A DNA stretch of 64,000 nucleotides from an uncultured Planctomycetota bacterium. Lineage in GTDB: Bacteria; Planctomycetota; Planctomycetia; Isosphaerales; Isosphaeraceae. Shown here piece after piece: positions 55,484-64,000 of the stretch. Under the pieces are notes generated by a model that saw only the letters and a program-made list of their open reading frames with translations, did not search any database and was not told the origin of the DNA. The DNA lies in contig CAWJTV010000041.1 of the NCBI GenBank assembly GCA_963845755.1, positions 64,001 through 128,000 of the forward strand, in the 5' to 3' direction. Each line of letters starts with the position of its first letter. Positions within the stretch are counted from its first letter, which is position 1. The position numbers and the translations under genes were made by a program.

Positions 55484-57721
55484 GTGGCGACTGTGCTGGA
55501 TTTGCCGACGCTCGATTCGCTCCGCGATGAGCAGCGAACTTTGCGGGATCAGCTTGCGCGATTGCGCGGACGCCTGCACCTCCAGTTGGTCCTGGAGTTC
55601 GTGGTTGACGCGGCGATCGTCCTGGTAGCGACGTCGTCCGTGCTGGTTTTCCTCGACTGGTGGTTCCGATTCAGCGTCTCGGTCCGCTGGACCTTGTTGG
55701 GCATGAGCGTCGCGGGGATCCTCGCGTTCCTCATCGTCCGCGCGGTCCGGCGATGGCGGTCGTCGCGCATCGACGAACTCACGCTGGCGATGACCCTGGA
55801 CCGGTACCGGCCCGGGACCGGGCAGCAGGTCGCGGACGTGCTCCAGCTCCTGGACGTGCTGAATGAGCCCGGGGCAACCGCCTCGCCGGCCATGGTGCGC
55901 CTGGCGGTGAGCCAGGCGTGCGCGGCGCTTTCGGCCTCGGACTGGCGGCTGCTGTGGAACCGGAGACGGACGGCCATCCACGTCATGGTGTTGGTCGCCG
56001 GCCTGCTCGTGCCCGCGGAGTTTGCCAGGCTGGCACCGAACGCGGCGCGCCTCAGCGCGGCGCGCTGGCTCTTCGGCTCTTCCGAACGCTGGCCGCAGCG
56101 GACGTATCTCAGCGTCGTTGGGTTGGATGCCGATGGCCGCCTCCTGGCGCCGCGCGATGAACGATTCGTGATGGAGGTCCGGTCCGACCTGCCGTATATC
56201 GAGTCTCGCGGGGAGGATTGGTTCATTCGGGGGCGAGGCAGGTCGCTGCCCTTGAAGTGGCAGCCGGCTTCGTCGGTGACGCCCCGGGCGGTCATCGTGC
56301 GGGAACGGAGCGCCCAGGGGAAGGTCCGGGACGGCGCGATGAACGAGGCGAAGCCGGCGAGTTTCCGATATGATTTTCCGCCGGAGGCCGCGTCGTCGAC
56401 TTTCGAGTTGACCGGGGGCGACGACTGGCTGGGCCCGCTCATCCTCGAACGCGTCAACCGGCCTGCGCTGGCCGATACCAAGGTCCGCGTCCGGGAGCCC
56501 GGGGCGGCCTACGACGGCCTTCGCAGCGTGGAGGATACGCACCAGCACCTGGTCTTCCTGCCCGACACCGAGGTCGAGCTGACGCTCGTCGGCACGGAGC
56601 CGCTTTCCGACACCCGGTTGAAGATCCAGTCGGGTAATCCGCCGGAGCTGAAGCGCGTGGACGACCGGACGTTCGTCGCGCGGTGGACCCTGCGCGAGGC
56701 CACCACCCTGGAAATCCTGCTGACTTCCGCGACGACCGGCCTGGATTCGCGGCCCACGTTCCTCTCGATCGGATTGCTGAAGGACCGGGAGCCGCGCGTC
56801 AGCTTGCGGGCCGTCGGCGTCGGCGGCCATGTCACGGCGGTCGCGACGATCCCGCTGACCGTCGGCGCGACCGACGACTTCGGACTGGCCGCCCTGCGCT
56901 TGCAAGTCGATCGGACGCTCCTCGTCGAGGAGAAGGGCAAGGAGAACGACCGGCCGCAGACGCAGCGCGAGACCGTCAGCCTGCCGATGTCCGTGGACAA
57001 GGATCGCGCCGTCCTGGACTACCAGGTCCGGCACGACCTGTTCTTGCAAGCCAGGCCGCCCGCGGTCGGGACGCTGATCCGGATTACTGCCGAGGCGGAT
57101 GACCGTTGTGCCCGAGGCGTCCAGACCGGCCGATCCAGTGCAATCCAACTTCAGGTCGTCCCGCCCGAGGAGCTCTTCTACGAGATCTTGCTCCGTCAGC
57201 GGACCGAGCGGGCGAAGTTCGTCGCCGTGCTCGAATCGACGGAGAAGCAGACGCCGGTCCTGGCCGGCAAGCCCTCGACCGAGGAGCTCGTTCGCCTGAT
57301 GCGACTCCAGCATTCGGCGAACCGGCAACTCGAGCAGATCGGTGGACGCATTACCGACACGCTCCAGGAAATGAAGCTGAACCAGGTCGGCTCGGCAAAG
57401 TCCCACCGACTGCTGCAAGAGGGGGTCATCGACCCGTTGCGGGCTCTCACGTCCGGCCCGATGAACGAGCTGCGGGGCGTGCTGCAGACGCTCTCGGGTA
57501 CCGGTACGACCCCCGGCGCCAACCTGGAAGCAGCTCGGCGGCTGCACGAACAGGTCGTCACCAAGATGAGGGCCATCCTCGATCAGATGTCGCAGTGGGA
57601 AAGCTTCGTGGACGTCGTGAACCAGGTCGCCGAGGTCCTCCGGATGCAGCACGAGATCCTCGACGCCACCGAAAAAGCCAAGGACACGCGTACGAAGGAG
57701 ATCTTCGATGACAAGCCTTGA
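55484..57721 (+). CDS. Membrane protein with extracytoplasmic beta domains and C-terminal coiled coil (DUF4175-like)
   Basis: Three TM segments; WPQRTYL; GGDDWL; DREPRV...ATDDFGL; intact 745-aa ORF within the operon. Confidence 0.75.
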   Translation: MATVLDLPTLDSLRDEQRTLRDQLARLRGRLHLQLVLEFVVDAAIVLVATSSVLVFLDWWFRFSVSVRWTLLGMSVAGILAFLIVRAVRRWRSSRIDELTLAMTLDRYRPGTGQQVADVLQLLDVLNEPGATASPAMVRLAVSQACAALSASDWRLLWNRRRTAIHVMVLVAGLLVPAEFARLAPNAARLSAARWLFGSSERWPQRTYLSVVGLDADGRLLAPRDERFVMEVRSDLPYIESRGEDWFIRGRGRSLPLKWQPASSVTPRAVIVRERSAQGKVRDGAMNEAKPASFRYDFPPEAASSTFELTGGDDWLGPLILERVNRPALADTKVRVREPGAAYDGLRSVEDTHQHLVFLPDTEVELTLVGTEPLSDTRLKIQSGNPPELKRVDDRTFVARWTLREATTLEILLTSATTGLDSRPTFLSIGLLKDREPRVSLRAVGVGGHVTAVATIPLTVGATDDFGLAALRLQVDRTLLVEEKGKENDRPQTQRETVSLPMSVDKDRAVLDYQVRHDLFLQARPPAVGTLIRITAEADDRCARGVQTGRSSAIQLQVVPPEELFYEILLRQRTERAKFVAVLESTEKQTPVLAGKPSTEELVRLMRLQHSANRQLEQIGGRITDTLQEMKLNQVGSAKSHRLLQEGVIDPLRALTSGPMNELRGVLQTLSGTGTTPGANLEAARRLHEQVVTKMRAILDQMSQWESFVDVVNQVAEVLRMQHEILDATEKAKDTRTKEIFDDKP

Positions 57722-57729
57722 CTTGTTGG

Positions 57730-57758
57730 AAGGATGAAGGATGAAGGATGAAGGATGA
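57730..57758. repeat. Heptamer tandem repeat (AAGGATG)x4
   Basis: aaggatgaaggatgaaggatgaaggatga directly after the stop codon. Confidence 0.85.
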
Positions 57759-57894
57759 GTGATTTTCAGCTGGATTGGCCCGATTCCCTCGGCCCAACGG
57801 GCCGTCGGAGCTCGGCACAGGGCGAACCCCGGGGGCTCTCGTCGTCCGGCGATCCCACTGACTCCCGAGTGAACGTGGTGAGCGAGGAAACGTG

Positions 57895-60656
57895 ATGCAT
57901 TCCGCGGTCGTCCTGCTGATCGGTCTGTTGAGTGTCGGCGACATGGATTACGCGCGTTCGCTGGTCGCCAAGGAGCTCGATCAGCCTACGCTCGATGCCG
58001 AAGGATATGGCGAGAAGAAGGCGCTGAAGCGGGAAGACGACGGCCTGCGCATCACCTTCGGCGCGGGGCTTCCGGAGACGGGTTGGAAGACGCCGCAGCA
58101 ACTGAAGTTCGGCGGCAATTTCCGGCTCTCGGCGAGCTTCGTGATCAAGAAGATGCCGAAGCCCGCCCAGGAGGACGGCGTGGCGATCGGCGTGGCGATC
58201 GCGTTCCAGGACATCAACCAGCCCGACGTGACGCTGGTGCGCCTGCGTGAGCCGAACAATTCGGAAGTCTATCGTCCCATCGAGAAGGCGGGGGCCAACC
58301 CGCAACAAATGCAGATGCAGATGCAAATGCAAATGCGGATGGGAATGATGGGGCCGGGCCAACCGCCGCCAAAGCCGCCGCGGAAGACCTTCCCCGCCAC
58401 GGGCGACGTGGTCCGCCTGGAGCTCCAGCGCGAGGGCAATACGGTTCGATACGAGGTGTTCGACAGCAGGTCGAGCCGTCCGCGCTATCTCGGCCAGGTG
58501 GATGTCCAGCCGATGGATGTCTCCGCGGTGAAGTTGTTCGCCTCGAACCGGAACGGGGTCGAGCCCGTCGACGTGGTCTTCCGCGACATCACGATCCATG
58601 CCGACCACATCAACGGCCTGGGGACCATCGTTCGCACGGTTTTCGGTCAGATCGTCTATGCCGACCCGACCGCCATCGAGGGCGGAATCTTGGTCGTCGG
58701 CGGTCAACCGAAGACGCCGCCCGGGGGAGCCCCGAAAGCACCCGGAGGCCCGTCCTCACCCACGCCTGGGTCTGCACCCGTGCCCGCGTCTGCGCCGCGG
58801 CGGCACCGGCCGCGGCGCCAGCCATGGTCATGGCCGTCGCGCCGGCCGGCGGTGCCGTACAGGTCGTGGTTGCTGCCGCTGCACCCGCACCCGCCCCGGC
58901 TGCCGCACCCGCGGCCGCGCCGGCACCGGCCGCCCAACCGGCCGCCGCGCCGGCCCAGCCCGCCGCCGCCAAACCCGCTGGGGCAGGGGGGGCGACCGGG
59001 GATCCGTTCGCGCCGGGTGCCGAGCCGTCGGCTGTGTTCGCGCCCGCGCCTCCGCCTCCGCCTCCGCCGCCGAAGGCCAAGATCCCGCTCGATGAGGTCG
59101 AGAGCATCCGATTCGAACGGACGCCCGCGATGTCGGCTCGCTTCATGGGACAACCCAACCTCGACTTCACCCTGCCCGGCCTGAGCGCGAAGAAGGACGA
59201 GTCCGCCCAGAAACCCGACGCCAAGAAGACCGACGGTACCGACGACGTCCTCGCCCCGCCGCCGGGCACGACGGCGCCCGCGAAGTATCCCAAGGTCGAA
59301 CCGAAGAAGAACGGCATCCGCGACCTGAGCCTGACGCTATCCAACCTCAGATCCGCGGCGATCAAGCAGGTCACCATCGGCTGTCAGACGGACAAGGGCC
59401 AGACGAGCTGGCGGCTCGACACCACGGACTCTCAGGATTGGCCCATCGCGGTCCGACGATCGGGGACGGAACCCTCGGCGGACCTCTATCTGGAGCCGCC
59501 GCCCGGCGACTGCTTCCAGAAGAGCTTCACCATCGCCGTCGTGTACGCGGACGGGCAGAACGCGAATGCCAACCTCCAGGCCGACGCTCACACCAAGCCC
59601 GATCTGGCCGTCGATCCCAAGGCGCCGGGGTTCGAGCGGCTCGATGCCTGGCTACACCTGACGGGCGACGAGAAGCTCTGCGGCAAGCTCGACCGCATCG
59701 GCCAGGACGTCGTCAAGATCACGACGCCCTGGCAGGACCATCTCGACGTGCCACTCTCGCGAGTCGTCGGGATTCAACTCGGCGTGCTCGACCGCAAGGA
59801 ATCCCCGGAGTCGTTCGCCAGACGGTTGAAGGCCCGAGGATCGGAAGACCTGCTGCTCGCTCAGACCAAGAACGGGGAAGTCCTGGCCATTCCGGGGATT
59901 GTCGAAGGGACCGAGGACGACAAGCTGCGGTTCCAGTACCAGGGCCGGCTCCGAACGCTGCCGCTCAAGCAAGTGGAAGGTCTCGTCATGGCGGCCCGGA
60001 GCGAATCGGATCGGACGGACGATCTGCGAACGAGCTTCACGATGCCCGACCACGTCGTCGTCTCCGGGCGATGGAAAGACCTGGACACCAGCATCTGGAA
60101 AGTCGAGACGCCGTGGGGCCAGGAGCTGAAGCTCCCGTCCGCGGACGTACAGTCCGTGCGGTTCCGCGGAGGCAAGCTGACGTACCTGTCCGACCTGAAC
60201 CCGAGCAAGGTCGAAGAGACACCGTTCTTCGGCCGCCGGCTCCCCTGGCGCCGGGACGTCAACCTCGCGGGCGGGCCGATCAAGATCAACGGCCAGACCT
60301 ACGATCGCGGGGTGGCGGTCCACTCGCGCTGTATACTGACCTATGACCTCAATGGCCGGTATACCACGTTCGAAACCCTGGTCGGCTTCGATGACGCCTC
60401 GCGAGGCCAGGGGCGCGTCGATTGTCGGGTCTTCGCCGACGGCAAGGAACTCTATGCCAATCCGGACCTCCGGGCGAGCGATCCGCCGGTCAAGCTGTCG
60501 TTGCCGGTGGCGGGCGTCGAGCAATTGCGGCTCCGGGTGGACTTCGGCCGCGGTCAGGACACCGGCGACCGCGTGATCTGGGCGAACGCCCGCCTCTTTC
60601 GAAACGCCCCGTCCAAGGCATCGGCGTCGTCGACGGCCCCCAAAGGCCCCAAGTAG
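57895..60656 (+). CDS. Secreted NPCBM/NEW2-domain protein with Pro/Ala-rich linker (frameshift(s) near 58760-58800)
   Basis: Signal peptide; low-complexity AP linker; C-terminus YLSDL...GQTYDRGVAVHSRCILTYDL...VGFDD...VFADGKEL...DRVIWANARL. Confidence 0.82.
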
Positions 60657-60677
60657 GTCGGGCTTTCCCAGCCTGAC
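60653..60677 (+). repeat. GTAG-type REP-like copy overlapping a stop codon
   Basis: GTAGGTCGGGCTTTCCCAGCCTGAC, a variant of the 48495-48518 unit. Confidence 0.65.
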
Positions 60678-60728
60678 GCGAAGGCGATGCCTGGCGAAGT
60701 GTCTGACCTCCGTGAGTTCCCTTGAGGG

Positions 60729-62502
60729 ATGAGCCCATCGATGCGTACCGTGTTCGCTAGAGCTCGCTGGCTGTTGCTTTCCCTGGCCCTCGTGATGGGC
60801 GCAGCCTTTCGCTCATCGGGATTCGATGACAAGGACCAAGCGAAAGCCAAGGCCAAGGAGAAGGACAATCCGTCGGCGCCGCTCGAGGTTTACGAATGGT
60901 CGATATGGGTCGGTAATCCGGCCCAGACGACATTGAACACGACGCGCAACTACAAGAACGCGATGCCCGGCCCGGTCGGTACGAACCGGCCGAAGTTCGA
61001 GGGCAAGGAGCTGGAGGGTAAGTTCCCGATCGCCCCGGTATCGGTGGTGCAGTTCTTCGGCGATCCGAGCAAGGATGTGGACGTCAACCTTCGTGCGAAG
61101 AAGGGCCTCTTCCTTTCCCACTGGCCGACGAGCACCGAGCGCGCCGGGCGGCTGCAATGGTTCAAGTCGGATTTCTCCGCGAATCCGCCGGCGAACATCC
61201 CGCAGACCTATCTCCCGAACGACCATTGGTTCCAGAAGCTGCGCCAGAACACCTCGGCGTTGTTCCTCAAGCACGAGTCGCATTATGAGCGGTTCATCGC
61301 CTACGATGCCGAGGTCGCGATCCCGATCCCGGTGAAGATCCGGGGCGGCCCCGATGAGTACACCTTGCAGAACCTGACCAACCGCCGCCTTCTGGACGTC
61401 GCCGTGATCGCCCCGACGGACAATGGATTCCGCGTCGGCTGGCTGGACGAGCTGCCGACGGCGACTCCCGAGAAGGCGGACGAATCCGACGGCAAGAAGG
61501 AGGAACCCGCCGCCAAGAAGAAGGATGGAGCGGCCGCGAAGAAGAAGGACGGAGCCGCAACCAAGAAGGAAGAGGCCTCGAAGAAGACGGACGCACAGAA
61601 GGCCGAGGCGGTGTTTCAGGAGGCGGAAACCAAGAAGAAGGACGAAGAGGAAGAACCCACGCCGCTGCCGGCGGAGGGCGATGCGAACGTGCGTGCCCGC
61701 GTCGAACCAGGCGCTCAACCGGCCGATCGCGGTGAACGTTCCAAAGGCGCCCCGTCGTCAGTTCCTCGACCTGATCGCGGGTCAGGCCCGCCTGCGGTAT
61801 GAGCTCGACGAGAAGACGCTGGCGAAGGAGAAGGTCAATCTGAATGAGACGATGGATATGAACGCCGGGAGCATCGCGGCCCGTGACGCGTTGGCCGAGG
61901 TGCTGGGCGGCGCCGGGCTGAGTTACCGGATCACGGAGGATGGCCGGCTGTTTATCACCACGGCGGCCCGGCTGGCGGAAGAGGCCGATAAGAAGGGCAA
62001 GTCGATCGAAGGACCGCCCGTGAAGCTCGTCATGCCCCAACCGCGCAAGCCTGCGGATCCCGGATTTCGGGAAGTCACCCGCGACACGATAGCCCGCCGC
62101 CTGGTAGCCCAGGGCCTCCGCGACGACGCCGTGAAGCTGCTGCTCGAACAATACGGTCCGGCGGTGTTCGAACCGAAGGAGCTGGTCGTCCTGGTCCATC
62201 TCTCGCGCCCGGCGATCGACGACGCCGTGCTCCTGGATGTGTTCCCGCCGCCCAAGAAGCTGGTCCGCACGGCGCTGCTGGTCGTCTACGGCGTCGATCC
62301 GCGGCTCCAGGATCGCGCCCGCAACCTCGTGAAGCAGCTCGGCGACCAGTCTCCCAAGGCGCGGGATTCGGCGGAGACGCGGCTCTTCGAAATGGGGCCC
62401 GTCGCCGTGCCTGTGCTCGAAGATGCCCTGAAGGAGAAGGACATCGAGATCGTCTTCCGCGCCGAACGGCTGTTGCTGAAGCTCAATCGTCAGGTGCCGT
62501 GA
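60729..62502 (+). CDS. Secreted hypothetical protein with STN-like and HEAT-like C-terminal segments (frameshift near 61705)
   Basis: Signal peptide; Lys/Ala-rich linker; RDALAEVLGGAGLSYRITEDGRLFITT; LVKQLGDQSPKARDSAETRLFEMG. Confidence 0.7.
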
Positions 62503-62667
62503 GATCGGTTTACCCTACGCGAGCCAGTCGGTTCATGAACTACGCAGGCGCCGCGCAGAATCCGGCACATGAATATCGGATCGTCCGGAAGTCCTGCAAC
62601 GGCCTGAGCGCGGTTGACCGAGCCCAACTCATTAGCGATTCCGGAAAGCCGAGAATCTGAAGTCGGA

Positions 62668-64000
62668 TCAGACAATCTCCCGGATGACCTTCCCTTCGAT
62701 GAACGTCAGCCGTTCGTTGCGGCCCAGGTGGGGATAGGTCAGCCGGTTCTGGTCGAGGCCCATGAGGTGCAGGATCGTGTTATGGACGTCGCGGAAGTGA
62801 TAGGGGCGTTCGATGGCGTGGAGGCCGATGGCGTCGGTCGCGCCGACGACCTGGCCGCCCTTGACGCCGCCGCCGGCCATCCACATGGTGAAGCCCAGGT
62901 TGTGGTGGTCGCGACCGCGCGACGACTCGGCCTCGGGTGAGCGGCCGAATTCGCCGCCCCAGAGGACCAGCGTGCTCTCCAGCAGGCCCCGGCGCTTCAG
63001 ATCCTTGAGCAGGCCGGCGACGGGTTTGTCCGTCTCGGCGGCCTTGCGATGGTGGTTCTCCTCGATGTCGTTGTGGGCGTCCCACTGCTGGTTGCCTGGG
63101 CCACCGCCGGAGACCACGCACGTGAATCGCACGCCGTTCTCGACCAGCTTCCGCGCCAGGAGGCAGCGCCGGCCGTAGTCGTTGGTCGGCTCGACTCCGA
63201 TCCCGTAGAGGTCGAGCGTCTCCTGAGGTTCGTGCGAGAGGTCGAGCACGTCGGGCGCCTCGGTTTGCATGCGGAAGGCCAGGTCGTAGGTATTGATCCG
63301 CGCGTGGAACTCCTGGTCGTCCGGGTCGAGCGTCGCCTCGTTCAGGTCGTGGATCAGTCGCAGGGTGCGCCGGCGCCGATCCAGCCTGACGCCCTCGGGC
63401 AAGTCGAGGTTCAGCACGGGCCGGTCGCCGGGCCGGAACATCGTCGGCTGATACACGGCCGGGAGGAAGCCGTGCATGTACATCGGCTGGCCGGCCTCCA
63501 GCGCGCCCTTGGGATCCGGCATCACGACGAAGGCCGGGAGCGAGTCGCTCTCGGAACCGAGCCCGTAGCAGACCCACGAGCCCATGCTCGGAAACCCCGG
63601 TGTGACCCGCCCGGAGAACAGCTCGTACTGCGCAGCCGAGTGCACGACCATGTCGCCGTGACACGATCGGATGACCGCCAGGTCGTCCACGCAGCCGGCC
63701 AGGTGCGGGAACAGGTCCGAGACGTCGATGCCGCTCTGGCCGTACTTCTGAAACGTGCGACGGGTGCCGAGCAGCTTGGCGTTCTTCGAGACGAACTGGT
63801 ACTTGGCCTCGCCGAACTCCTTGGGCCGCGTCTGCCCGCTGAGCCGGTTCAACAGCGGCTTGGGGTCGAACGTCTCGAGATGGCTCGGACCGCCGGCCAT
63901 GAACAGGAAGATCACGGCCCGCGCCTTGGCGGGAATGATGCGGCGGCCTGGGCGCCAGGGGGTTGGTGGCTCCGGCGCGGCGCCTGCTCCTGGTGCAGCA
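62668..64000 (-). CDS. DUF1501 domain protein, partial (5' end beyond window)
   Basis: VIFLFMAGGPSHLETFDPKP, PSMGSWVCYGLGSE, CLLARKLVENGVRF, WDAH, WGGEFGRSP, GRDHH. Confidence 0.93.
   Translation of the reverse strand, partial: AAPGAGAAPEPPTPWRPGRRIIPAKARAVIFLFMAGGPSHLETFDPKPLLNRLSGQTRPKEFGEAKYQFVSKNAKLLGTRRTFQKYGQSGIDVSDLFPHLAGCVDDLAVIRSCHGDMVVHSAAQYELFSGRVTPGFPSMGSWVCYGLGSESDSLPAFVVMPDPKGALEAGQPMYMHGFLPAVYQPTMFRPGDRPVLNLDLPEGVRLDRRRRTLRLIHDLNEATLDPDDQEFHARINTYDLAFRMQTEAPDVLDLSHEPQETLDLYGIGVEPTNDYGRRCLLARKLVENGVRFTCVVSGGGPGNQQWDAHNDIEENHHRKAAETDKPVAGLLKDLKRRGLLESTLVLWGGEFGRSPEAESSRGRDHHNLGFTMWMAGGGVKGGQVVGATDAIGLHAIERPYHFRDVHNTILHLMGLDQNRLTYPHLGRNERLTFIEGKVIREIV

Noticed and set aside
53912..57652. 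1246-aa minus-strand ORF
   Set aside because: Antisense shadow of well-supported plus-strand operon genes in GC-rich DNA; no recognisable motifs.

Overview
GC-rich window that looks like a planctomycete of the Isosphaeraceae type (inferred from an LEDRxLL secretion motif, ECF/Ser-Thr kinase pairs, a PVC-type CxxCH protein and DUF1501). Most long genes are broken by single-base indels, which fit uncorrected long-read errors, so genes were reconstructed across frames. From left to right the window holds: an ECF sigma / TPR-kinase / FG-GAP protein module; an XPB helicase operon; a thioredoxin-trypsin protein; VOC and DUF1080 genes; hpnC-hpnD separated from hpnE by about 10 kb of ECF/kinase modules; an extended ECF; a CBM9-like protein; a PVC heme protein; a defence-like cluster; an 18-kb MoxR/DUF58/BatA/vWA operon; and a partial DUF1501 gene. 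There are two lead candidates for an undescribed system. (1) A three-gene operon of XPB, a frameshift-hidden 74-aa protein resembling TFIIH p8/Tfb5, and a p52/Tfb2-like protein, suggesting a bacterial counterpart of the TFIIH XPB-p52-p8 module. (2) A coupled pair of a TIR + degenerate-NTPase protein and a glycine-zipper membrane STAND-like ATPase, lying between toxin-antitoxin genes. Intergenic inverted heptamer arrays, REP-like hairpins and several deletion scars are also present. All family calls rest on motif recognition by eye; no database searches were run.
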